From an uncultured Dehalococcoidales bacterium (GTDB lineage Bacteria; Chloroflexota; Dehalococcoidia; Dehalococcoidales; UBA5627), in assembly GCA_964399425.1 (NCBI GenBank), contig CAYNQR010000005.1, positions 5,883 through 69,882 on the forward strand: a stretch of DNA of 64,000 bases. Reading direction: 5' to 3'. Every line of letters starts with the position of its first letter. The stretch's first letter is position 1. Position numbers and translations under genes: made by a program. Shown here piece after piece: positions 1 to 8,506 of this stretch. The notes beneath the pieces were generated by a model. The model saw nothing but the letters and a program-made list of their open reading frames with translations. It was not told the origin of the DNA and did not search any database.

Positions 1-423
1 CTCTCCGACGATAGCGCCGGCTTGAAGGTTATTAAGCTGCTTGGAGATAGGTTATCCAATCCTGATATATCGTTATATGAAACCAGTTTGGCCGGTATCA
101 ATTTGCTTGATTATTTGGTGGGTATCGATAAAGCTATAATTGTGGATGCCATTAAAACACCCGATGGTAAGCCTGGGAGTATTTACCGGTTGACTCCGGA
201 GGAATTCGACACCAGTTGCCATACCACTTCCAGTCATGATATCGGGATTATTTCTGCCATAGAATTGGGTAAAAGGCTGGAATTATCCATGCCGCAGGTA
301 ATAGAAATTATCGGCATTGAGGCAGGAGATGTTGTGACGCTGAGCGAGAAATGCACTCCTGAAGTTGAAGAGGCAATTCCGGTAGCAGCAGATATGATAA
401 TGGAAGAAGTCAATGAAAACTAG
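1..423 (+). CDS. [NiFe]-hydrogenase maturation endopeptidase (HybD/HoxW/HycI family), 5' end outside window
   Basis: The frame stays open to base 1 (LSDDSAGLKV precedes tracked ORF 22..423). Family-like stretches DAIKTPDGKPG and TSSHDIG are present. A NiFe large subunit with a C-terminal extension after DPCxxCxxH lies in the same locus. Confidence 0.75.
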   Translation, partial: LSDDSAGLKVIKLLGDRLSNPDISLYETSLAGINLLDYLVGIDKAIIVDAIKTPDGKPGSIYRLTPEEFDTSCHTTSSHDIGIISAIELGKRLELSMPQVIEIIGIEAGDVVTLSEKCTPEVEEAIPVAADMIMEEVNEN

Positions 424-457
424 AGAACCATTATATCTGCTTGAATTGTTCAAATAT

Positions 458-486
458 TAGACAATGTAATGTTATGATAGTATAAT
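458..486 (+). promoter_or_regulatory. sigma-70-type promoter candidate (TAGACA-N17-TATAAT) for the sigma-54 gene
   Basis: TAGACA at 458-463, a 17-nt spacer and TATAAT at 481-486. The ATG at 496 is only 9 nt past the -10 box and has no Shine-Dalgarno, which suggests a leaderless or near-leaderless mRNA. Confidence 0.45.
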
Positions 487-495
487 AGTTATACA

Positions 496-1572
496 ATGTC
501 TGCTTTGTCACAAATCAATTCTCTTCAGATCAGCCAGAATGCAGGGCATTATCTCAGGATTGAACAGGCAAACCTGATACAGATGTCTTATGGTGATCTT
601 AACTCGTTAATCCTCGAAATCGAAAATAACGAAATATTTAACCGATTATTCAGGGAAGAAAAAATAATTCGATATAGGCGATTCGATAAGTCCGATTTGT
701 CTCGTAAGTATTTTACAATTGATGAATCGATGCTCATGGATAAGCGTTCACCTGAAATAGAGTCATTGCTGTTAAGCAAAAGACCAATTATCGAATATAT
801 TCGTAAAATCGGTATGGATAAATTCAGAAAATATTTCCTGTTGCCGGAAGATGGTTTATCCGAAAGCGAAATTGCTAATAACTGCACAATTACGATATCA
901 GTAGTCAGAGATATCAATAATCTGGTAAACGATGTGGCGGTAATGGATGAGTTTTATGCGTCATCCTCGCTTAATGCAAACGGCGTTAATTACACTAAAA
1001 TCGCCTCGATAGACAGAGATAAAAATGGTTTTAGCGTGAGTTATTTTTCAAATTCCCTGGCAAGAGGAAGATATATTATAGACTATGAAAAGTTCGAAAA
1101 CTCAGCGTTTACACAGAGTATTAATAAAAAAGAAATCAAAGCCGTCAGAGCGCTTTTAAAGAAGCTGGAAATGATCAATATTTACAAAGAGACACTGCAT
1201 CTGATTATCAGTAATGTAATCGCAAGACAGGCAACATATGTCGAATCGGGTAACGTCGGTGAATTATTGCCGCTGAGTCAGAAAGAACTGGCTCAGCAGA
1301 TGGGCATCAATGCCAGTACTTTAAGCCGTGCCATTAAATTCAGGACGATAGAGATTCCCTGTGGCAGAGAAGTTGCTTTAAAAAGCCTGTTCCCCAATCC
1401 TCGTAAGTTTAAGACACTTGTGCTAAAGAAAGTTGTGGAATCGGAAAAGGGAATAAATTCGGATGCCGGAATACAGGCTAAACTGGCAGAAAAATATGGA
1501 ATAAATATTTCAAGGCGTAGCGTGGCAAATATGAGAAAAGAACTGAAGATACCCGCCGGGAGAGCAAGGTAA
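496..1572 (+). CDS. rpoN: RNA polymerase sigma-54 factor, compact form (358 aa)
   Basis: The C terminus has an RpoN-box-like ISRRSVANMRKELKIP preceded by an HTH-like PLSQKELAQQMGINASTLSRAI. The N-terminal Leu/Gln-patterned region I (LQISQNAGHYLRIEQANLIQMS) is present. The protein is shorter than typical RpoN. Confidence 0.8.
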   Translation: MSALSQINSLQISQNAGHYLRIEQANLIQMSYGDLNSLILEIENNEIFNRLFREEKIIRYRRFDKSDLSRKYFTIDESMLMDKRSPEIESLLLSKRPIIEYIRKIGMDKFRKYFLLPEDGLSESEIANNCTITISVVRDINNLVNDVAVMDEFYASSSLNANGVNYTKIASIDRDKNGFSVSYFSNSLARGRYIIDYEKFENSAFTQSINKKEIKAVRALLKKLEMINIYKETLHLIISNVIARQATYVESGNVGELLPLSQKELAQQMGINASTLSRAIKFRTIEIPCGREVALKSLFPNPRKFKTLVLKKVVESEKGINSDAGIQAKLAEKYGINISRRSVANMRKELKIPAGRAR

Positions 1573-3522
1573 ATGAGTATTATATATACGGAAAAAGACA
1601 AATGTAAGAGTTGCTATGCCTGTATACGCAGTTGCCCGGTTAAAGCTATTAAAGTCGAGGAACGCTTGGCACAGGTGATCAGGGAACGTTGTATTGTATG
1701 CGGTAACTGCCTTGAGGTATGCGTTACGGGAGCAAAAAAAGCGGAAAGCGATACCAGTCTGGTGTGGCAGCTGCTGAGCCAGAGCGATAATTACCTGATA
1801 GCAGTAGTCTCCTCGTCTTTTCCTGCCGCTATACCTGAAGTTGCGCCGGGCAGCTTTGTTTCGGCATTGAAGAAACTAGGTTTTAATGAGGTTATGGAGG
1901 ATTCTTTCGGCGCAGAACTTATTGCCAGGGAATATGCGCGTCTCCTGAGCAATCAGGTTAGTAAACCTGTATTGTCATCGAATTGTCCTGCGGTTGTTAA
2001 CTATATAGAAAAATATTACCCGAAATTAATCGGATATATGGCTCATATCGTATCGCCGACTATTGCAACCGGGAGGCTGATTAAAAAGCATTATAATACT
2101 AAAGCAAAAGTGGTTTTTGTCGGACCTTGTGTAGCGAAAAAAGATGAGGCGCGAAATATAAGTAACCGTGGTGTCGTAGATGCGGTTTTAACATTTGCCG
2201 AAGTCAAAGAGATGTTTATGGCGAAAAATATAGTTCCCGATAAGGAACCCCAATCTGACTTTAACGGGCCGACTCCCGATATGGGAAGACTGATGTCGAT
2301 TTCAGGCGGATTGGCTAAAATTGCCGGTTTGTCGGATGATATTTTGAAAAACGAGGTTATCAGCGCCAACGGCAGGGAAGCAGTATCGAAAATATTAAAG
2401 GAATTTGCCCGCGGCGAGATTAATGCCAAATTGATTAACCTTTATTTTTGCAACGGGTGTGTCGGCGGCCCGGTTATCGATAATGAACTGAGCAGTTACA
2501 GGCGTGAAGAACTCGTTGCCCGCTATGCAATAAGAACGTCCAATCCTGAAAAAACAGAGCGTGACCTGAATAAATACAGTGATGTCGACCTGCGGAGACA
2601 GTTCACCACGCAGAATGTGGTTTTTGCATCACCGTCTGAAGAAGAAATAGAAGAAGTTATGCAAAAAATAAACAGAAGGAATCCGGAGGAGCAATTTAAT
2701 TGCGGTGCCTGCGGTTATAGTTCCTGCCGCGAACTGGCAATTGCGGTTTGCGAGGGGTTGGCAGAAATCGAAATGTGCTGGCCTTATTTACATAAACACA
2801 TGAAAGAGACGCAGGAAGGTTTGATACAGGCTGAAAAAATGACTTCTCTCGGGCAATTGGCAGCTTCCGTCGCTCACGAGATTAATAACCCGTTATCGGG
2901 TGTTCTTATCTATACACAGCTTATGGCTAAGAAATTAAAGAGTGACAATTTTGCTCCGGATGTTGCTCTTGATTACCTGTCTAAAATGGAAACGGAACTC
3001 AATCGAAGTACCAAACTGGTCAGAAGCCTGCTTGATTTTTCAAGGCAGTCGGTTCCCGAGTTTTGGGAAGTCGATGTCAATGAAATAGTCGACAGGAGTT
3101 TCGACCTGGGAATACATTCCGCTGAAATGCAAAATGTTAAGGTATTTAAAGAACTGTCTTCCGAATTACCGAAAATAACAGCTGATTTCGGACAGATTCA
3201 ACAGGTCTGCACCAATCTTATAATGAATGCCATACAGGCGATGCCCGGCGGCGGGGTTTTAAAGATCCATACTTTAATGGAAGCAAATGAGGTTCTAATC
3301 GAAGTAAGCGATACCGGCTCAGGTATATCGGCAGAGAATATGAAAAAAATATTCACCCCGTTTTTCACCACCAAAAGGGATAAAAAAGGGGTCGGATTGG
3401 GACTGGCGATATCCTATGGTATCGTACAGCGTCACCATGGAAGAATCGAAATACAGACAAAAGAAGGGGAAGGCACTACTTTCAAAGTTTACCTGCCTGT
3501 AAAGCATGAAGAAGAAGGTTAA
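1573..3522 (+). CDS. sensor histidine kinase with N-terminal ferredoxin plus [FeFe]-hydrogenase H-cluster-like domain
   Basis: Two 4Fe-4S motifs (CKSCYACIRSCP, CIVCGNCLEVC). H-cluster-like motifs SSNCP, GPCVAKKDE and FCNGCVGGP. A CGACGYSSCRELA Fe-S motif. Then H-box AHEINNPL, N-box NLIMNAIQAM, and G-boxes DTGSGI and GVGLGL. No TM segment is evident. The ATG directly follows the rpoN stop (TAAATG). Confidence 0.8.
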   Translation: MSIIYTEKDKCKSCYACIRSCPVKAIKVEERLAQVIRERCIVCGNCLEVCVTGAKKAESDTSLVWQLLSQSDNYLIAVVSSSFPAAIPEVAPGSFVSALKKLGFNEVMEDSFGAELIAREYARLLSNQVSKPVLSSNCPAVVNYIEKYYPKLIGYMAHIVSPTIATGRLIKKHYNTKAKVVFVGPCVAKKDEARNISNRGVVDAVLTFAEVKEMFMAKNIVPDKEPQSDFNGPTPDMGRLMSISGGLAKIAGLSDDILKNEVISANGREAVSKILKEFARGEINAKLINLYFCNGCVGGPVIDNELSSYRREELVARYAIRTSNPEKTERDLNKYSDVDLRRQFTTQNVVFASPSEEEIEEVMQKINRRNPEEQFNCGACGYSSCRELAIAVCEGLAEIEMCWPYLHKHMKETQEGLIQAEKMTSLGQLAASVAHEINNPLSGVLIYTQLMAKKLKSDNFAPDVALDYLSKMETELNRSTKLVRSLLDFSRQSVPEFWEVDVNEIVDRSFDLGIHSAEMQNVKVFKELSSELPKITADFGQIQQVCTNLIMNAIQAMPGGGVLKIHTLMEANEVLIEVSDTGSGISAENMKKIFTPFFTTKRDKKGVGLGLAISYGIVQRHHGRIEIQTKEGEGTTFKVYLPVKHEEEG

Positions 3523-4864
3523 AATTCTGGTAGTCGATGACGAAGGCGTAATCCGTGATTCGTTTTGCGAATGGCTGAGCGAACTCGGTTATGATGTTTT
3601 AATGGCCGAGAACGGGAACAAAGCTTTACAAATGATTAAGGAGAAGAAACCGGAGATTGCTTTTATCGACCTTGTCATGCCGGGTATGGACGGGATAGAA
3701 GTATTAAAGAGGGCCAGGGGAATATCGACTGATACCGGCTGCGTTGTCATGACGGCATATGGCAGCGTATCGACAGCTATAACCTCGATGAAAGAAGGGG
3801 CTTTCGACTATATAGAGAAACCCTTTTGTCCGGGGAAAGTCGAACTGTTAATTGAAAAACTGATTGAACATCAGAATATAAAAAAAGAGAATCTGCTATT
3901 GCAGCATAAGCTTGATGAACGTTACAGCTTCGAGAATATTATTTATAAAAGCGCCAAAATGCATGGGGTAATAGAATTGGTGAAAGCTGTCGCCAAGAGC
4001 AATGCCACTGTACTTATAACAGGAGAAAGCGGTACCGGTAAAGAACTTGTTGCGAAGGCAATACATAACTACAGCTATCGGCATAATAAACCGTTCGTGG
4101 CTATAAGCTGCGCCGCTCTGCCTGAGAATATACTTGAAAGTGAATTGTTCGGGCATGAAAAGGGTTCGTTTACCGGTGCGCACGTTCAAAGGAAAGGGAA
4201 ATTCGAATTTGCCGATAGCGGTACCCTTTTTATGGATGAAATCGGCGAAATGAGCGCCAATATACAGGTACATTTACTTAGAGTTTTAGAGGAAAAGGAA
4301 TTTATGCGCGTAGGAGGCAATGAACTTGTTAAGGTAGATGTCCGTTTAATATCTGCTACAAATAAGGATATGAAGCAGGAAGTCAAGCAGGGAAAATTCA
4401 GGGAAGACCTGTATTACAGGCTGAATGTGGTAAATATCGAACTCCCTTCATTACGCGATAGAAAAGAAGATATTCCGCTGCTTGCCGGGCATTTTTTGAA
4501 ACAGTTTGCTTTGGAAAACCAAAAAGAGATTGGCGGTTTCAAATCCGATGCAATGGATATTTTATTGAAATACGATTGGCCCGGTAATGTCAGAGAATTG
4601 GAAAATGCAGTAGAACGGGCGGTAATACTTTCAAAAAACGGCTTTATAGATAAAACAGACCTGTTAATGGAAGAAACGGGCGCTCTCCGGGGAGAAAAAT
4701 CCTTAGACAGCATAACGGAAATCGAAAAGAAACACATTGAAAATGTTTTAGATAAATGCGGCGGGAATTACAGCAAAACCGCCTGTATATTGGGGATTTC
4801 ACGGATGACTCTTTATAATAAAATTAAAGCTTACGGCATAGAAATGCACAAGATTAAAAAATAG
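3506..4864 (+). CDS. sigma-54-dependent response regulator (NtrC family: REC + AAA+ + Fis-type HTH)
   Basis: Receiver (VVDDEG, FIDLVMPGMDG, KPF), Walker A GESGTGKE, GAFTGA-type loop GSFTGA, and C-terminal HTH TACILGISRMTLYNKIK. Overlaps the kinase gene by 17 nt. Confidence 0.9.
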   Translation: MKKKVKILVVDDEGVIRDSFCEWLSELGYDVLMAENGNKALQMIKEKKPEIAFIDLVMPGMDGIEVLKRARGISTDTGCVVMTAYGSVSTAITSMKEGAFDYIEKPFCPGKVELLIEKLIEHQNIKKENLLLQHKLDERYSFENIIYKSAKMHGVIELVKAVAKSNATVLITGESGTGKELVAKAIHNYSYRHNKPFVAISCAALPENILESELFGHEKGSFTGAHVQRKGKFEFADSGTLFMDEIGEMSANIQVHLLRVLEEKEFMRVGGNELVKVDVRLISATNKDMKQEVKQGKFREDLYYRLNVVNIELPSLRDRKEDIPLLAGHFLKQFALENQKEIGGFKSDAMDILLKYDWPGNVRELENAVERAVILSKNGFIDKTDLLMEETGALRGEKSLDSITEIEKKHIENVLDKCGGNYSKTACILGISRMTLYNKIKAYGIEMHKIKK

Positions 4865-4884
4865 TTTTACTGTATTTGGTTGAT

Positions 4885-4900
4885 TGGCAAGAAAATTGCA
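4885..4900 (+). promoter_or_regulatory. sigma-54 (-24/-12) promoter
   Basis: TGGCAAGAAAATTGCA matches the consensus TGGCACG-N4-TTGCW at every fixed position except one, with correct GG-to-GC spacing. It lies 45 nt upstream of the ATG at 4945 and just downstream of the activator gene. Confidence 0.7.
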
Positions 4901-4944
4901 CTGATATTAAAATAGGGAATAATTTATAATTTTGGGAGGGAATT

Positions 4945-5355
4945 ATGAAATCAGGTGAACTTATAGCTATTAATCCAAAGGATGTGCCTGAGCATTTTAA
5001 AATCGGGCAGGATAATTATAATAATGCCAAGTATAACGACGCAATAATAGAGTTCAGTTCCATATTAAATGTGGTTCCTGATAATATCGAAGCCAGGATA
5101 TGGCTCAGGAAAGCGCAGGAATCCTTGGAAAAAGAGAAAGGTGTAACTGCTCAGAAGATTGCGAATCCAAAGATTAAGGAATTAAAGGAACGCCCCGGCG
5201 CGCAAAGGTACTGCCTGTATTGTGTAAAAGGGAATGTTTCTAACAGAGTGTGCAGCCGCCTCTTTCAGTGCAAGACCTGTGAATTCGGACAGGGGATGCA
5301 GGATATTCAAAAGGAGAAATTGTCGGCTAAAAGTAATGAATCGTTGAAGAAATAA
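4945..5355 (+). CDS. hypothetical protein, TPR-like N-terminus and Cys-rich (zinc-ribbon-like) C-terminus
   Basis: ORF with SD GGGAGGG 7 nt upstream. Cys pattern YCLYC...C...CKTC. It is the first cistron downstream of the sigma-54 promoter. Confidence 0.5.
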   Translation: MKSGELIAINPKDVPEHFKIGQDNYNNAKYNDAIIEFSSILNVVPDNIEARIWLRKAQESLEKEKGVTAQKIANPKIKELKERPGAQRYCLYCVKGNVSNRVCSRLFQCKTCEFGQGMQDIQKEKLSAKSNESLKK

Positions 5356-5432
5356 TTATCAGTTAATAATATTTAATTTGTTATTTGATATTTAACCGAA
5401 TATCGCAAATAAATAAAAAGGGGATGTGCAAT

Positions 5433-7766
5433 ATGAACGAGAGCTCAGTCCTTATCGTAGAAAGCGACCCCATTGTCAGGGATTCCCTCTGCGACTGGTT
5501 GAAGGACACCGGATTTGATGTCATTTCCGTTGAAAGCGGAGAAGAAATTATCCAGGTTGTCAGGAACCATGATTTTAACATCGTTATTATGGATGTCAGG
5601 CAGCAAGGGGAAAAACAACTGGCAACACTCAGAGAAATGAAAGCCGCAAATCCCTGGGTTAAATCAATCATTATTACCGCTTACCCGCAGGAAGAAACAG
5701 TTCTGGAAGCCAAAAAAATCGGTGTTGTAGATTATATGGTAAAGCCCCTGGATATGGACGACCTGCAAAGGATTATTCGCGGAACGGTTGAATCTATTTA
5801 CAAGGATAGTATGAATTCGGGAGAAATGGATTCAAATAGGGAATCGTATGCTGATAATATGGTATTGGAGATAAAAAAATCCTTTTCGATATCCAGGGAA
5901 AATCTCGCTTTAATGGTGGAGAACCTTATTAAAGAAATCGAAGTGGTAGGGGTAAAAGCCAGACAGGGCAAATATGTATTCGATAGAATAAACAGTTTCT
6001 ATGAACTGAGTCTCGACTATGATGTTACGGTATCTCCTCCGACCAGATATTTTTTCCCGGAAAGGGAAACACTTTTAAAATTTAAAACAGGCAGCAATCC
6101 ACAGGTTGAATCGGTTATTAATTATACTGCAAGAGTAATAATCGGGGTACATCCTTACGATATCAAGGCTATCGAGTTACTGGATGAAGTGTTTATAGTT
6201 CATAATCCCGACCCGAATTACATCGCAAAAAGAGAAAATACGGTAATAATAGGTATAGATTGCCTTCACCCGTCGCGAAAAAGTTTTGCCCCCAGCATGG
6301 GAACGAACTGGACTGAAACCGGCTTTGACCTGTTGTTAACGGATATCGGCAGCAGCTATATTGTCAAAATCGGCTCGGAAAAGGGCGTCGATATATTGAA
6401 GAAACATGCAAAATACAGAATACCCACCGGTGATGAAATCGTCAGGCAGAAAAAGGTAAGGGGTGAGGCACTGGGAAGATATAAAATTGCTCTCGACCTC
6501 CCCAAAGACCGTATCCCCAAAATCCTGGAAGAAAGTTATGACGACCCTTACTGGGAAACGAGAAGCTCTACCTGTTTAAGTTGCGGTTCCTGTGTTATGG
6601 TTTGTCCGACATGCTACTGTTTCGATGTCAGGGATGATATAGATTTGAATCTGAAAGAAGGCGAACGTTTCAGACGCTGGGACGGGTGTATGCTTGTTGA
6701 TTTTGCCAAAGTTGCTTCCGGAGAGAACTTCCGCCGCGATAAAGCCAGCCGCTTTCGTCACAGAATATTCAGAAAAGGTAAATATATACTGGAAAGATAT
6801 GGCAAGGCAGGTTGTGTCGGTTGCGGACGTTGTTCCAGCGCTTGTTTAGCAAGCATCGCAAGTCCGCTGGAAGCCTTTAATTCCATTGCGGAAAATATAC
6901 GGATGAAAGAAGCCGCTACCAGTCTGGTACAGCCTGCCAGGCAGGGGAAAGAGCTTTATGCCCCCGAGATGGCTGAAATCGTATCTGTCAGGCAGTTAAC
7001 CGAAAAGGAGAAGGTTTTCGAGTTAAGGTTGAAGAGCGGGAAAAAACTGGGTCATTCTCCCGGTCAGTTCATTACTCTATCGATACTCGGTGTAGGAGAG
7101 GCTCCCTTATCTATATCCTCGTCTCCCTTAAGAGGAAAGACCTTTCAGCTGGCAGTAAGAAATATGGGCGATTTGACTTCTGCTCTGCATTCTTTGCAGG
7201 CGGGAGCAATCGTCGGTATACGCGGACCGTTCGGACACGGTTTCCCGCTGGAGACACTGGAGGGTAAAGATTTATTGCTGATAGCGGGAGGTATCGGGAT
7301 TTTCCCGTTGCGTTCGTTAATACAATATGTCATGGATAGAAGATACGACTATGGTAAAGTCAGCTTGCTGTACGGTTGCCGCACACCTGCCGAAAGGGTA
7401 TTTACGGATGAACTCGATTACTGGCAGAATAGCGATGAAATAGATTTCCATGAAACGGTTGATAAAAAGGATGATACGTGGACCGGAAATGTAGGTGTGA
7501 TTACCAATCTAATCGATAAAGTTGAAATAGACCCCAAGAAAACAATGGTGGCAGTTGTCGGACCGCCGATAATGTATAAATTCGTCATTGAAAAATTGAA
7601 AAAAAGAGACCTTCCGGATGACCATGTCTACCTTTCTCTGGAAAGAAAGATGAAATGCGGAGTCGGGAAATGCGGTCATTGCCAGATAAATGGAGTTTAT
7701 ACCTGTCAGGAAGGGCCTGTATTTTCGTTAACTCAATTAAGAAGTCTTAGAGAGGCGGTGCTGTAA
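5433..7766 (+). CDS. receiver domain fused to sulfhydrogenase-type beta (4Fe-4S) and gamma (FAD/NAD(P), 2Fe-2S) subunits
   Basis: REC: LIVESD, IVIMDV, IITAY, VKPL. Beta-like part: CLSCGSCVMVCPTCYC and CVGCGRCSSAC. Gamma-like part: GQFITLS, IAGGIGIFPLRS and CGVGKCGHCQI..C. The tracked ORF starts at 5385, but the ATG at 5433 has the better SD (AAGGGGA). Confidence 0.8.
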   Translation: MNESSVLIVESDPIVRDSLCDWLKDTGFDVISVESGEEIIQVVRNHDFNIVIMDVRQQGEKQLATLREMKAANPWVKSIIITAYPQEETVLEAKKIGVVDYMVKPLDMDDLQRIIRGTVESIYKDSMNSGEMDSNRESYADNMVLEIKKSFSISRENLALMVENLIKEIEVVGVKARQGKYVFDRINSFYELSLDYDVTVSPPTRYFFPERETLLKFKTGSNPQVESVINYTARVIIGVHPYDIKAIELLDEVFIVHNPDPNYIAKRENTVIIGIDCLHPSRKSFAPSMGTNWTETGFDLLLTDIGSSYIVKIGSEKGVDILKKHAKYRIPTGDEIVRQKKVRGEALGRYKIALDLPKDRIPKILEESYDDPYWETRSSTCLSCGSCVMVCPTCYCFDVRDDIDLNLKEGERFRRWDGCMLVDFAKVASGENFRRDKASRFRHRIFRKGKYILERYGKAGCVGCGRCSSACLASIASPLEAFNSIAENIRMKEAATSLVQPARQGKELYAPEMAEIVSVRQLTEKEKVFELRLKSGKKLGHSPGQFITLSILGVGEAPLSISSSPLRGKTFQLAVRNMGDLTSALHSLQAGAIVGIRGPFGHGFPLETLEGKDLLLIAGGIGIFPLRSLIQYVMDRRYDYGKVSLLYGCRTPAERVFTDELDYWQNSDEIDFHETVDKKDDTWTGNVGVITNLIDKVEIDPKKTMVAVVGPPIMYKFVIEKLKKRDLPDDHVYLSLERKMKCGVGKCGHCQINGVYTCQEGPVFSLTQLRSLREAVL

Positions 7767-8506
7767 TGAAACCAAAAGTTGCCTTCTTCGATTTTACAGG
7801 ATGCGAGGGTTGCCAACTGGATGCATTAAATTTGGATGCCCAAGATTTAATCGACCTGCTGAGCGGTATTGATATCGTCAATTTCAGGGAAGTTATGACG
7901 GAAAGGGATGATAATTACGATATCGCTTTTGTCGAGGGCAGTATCACTACCGAGGGAGAAATAGCCCGAATTCAGAAAATCAGGGAACAGGCCAAGATAG
8001 TTGTTGCGCTGGGCGCCTGCGCCTGTATCGGTGGAATTAATTGCCTGAAAAACCATGTTCCAATGGAAGAAGCTCTCAGAATCGTGTACGGCAAGGATGC
8101 TGGATATTATAATACCATACCTGCCAGACCTGCCGATGCGGTTATAAAAGTCGATTACTATGTCAGGGGCTGCCCTCCGGTAACATCCGAACTGGTTAAA
8201 GTGATTAAAGCTTTGTTATTGAATAAAAAGCCCGACATTCCCAGCTATCCCGTATGCGTGGAATGCAAGATGGCTGGTAATATCTGTGTCTACGAAAAGG
8301 GACAGACATGTCTGGGTCCGGTTACCAGGGCAGGGTGCAGCGCTATATGCATTAACAGCGGTAGATACTGCTGGGGATGTCGCGGATTGGTTGATGAACC
8401 GAATATAGAATCACAAAAAGATATTTTGACAAAATACGGGCTCACAGCCGAACAGGTAATAGAAAAATTTAAAATATATGATACATGCAGTGAGGTGTTA
8501 AAATGA
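7766..8506 (+). CDS. hydD: [NiFe] hydrogenase small (delta) subunit, group 3 type
   Basis: Cys motifs FTGCEGCQ, GACACIGG and RGCPP, plus a C-terminal Cys cluster. The start overlaps the upstream stop (ATGA). The beta-gamma-delta-alpha gene order matches the Pyrococcus sulfhydrogenase operon. Confidence 0.8.
   Translation: MKPKVAFFDFTGCEGCQLDALNLDAQDLIDLLSGIDIVNFREVMTERDDNYDIAFVEGSITTEGEIARIQKIREQAKIVVALGACACIGGINCLKNHVPMEEALRIVYGKDAGYYNTIPARPADAVIKVDYYVRGCPPVTSELVKVIKALLLNKKPDIPSYPVCVECKMAGNICVYEKGQTCLGPVTRAGCSAICINSGRYCWGCRGLVDEPNIESQKDILTKYGLTAEQVIEKFKIYDTCSEVLK

Noticed and set aside
5385-5432. Upstream extension of the REC-hydrogenase ORF (MIFNRISQINKKGMCN...)
   Set aside because: The extension has no SD and is AT-rich with unlikely peptide content. 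The ATG at 5433 follows AAGGGGA at good spacing and begins right at the receiver domain.
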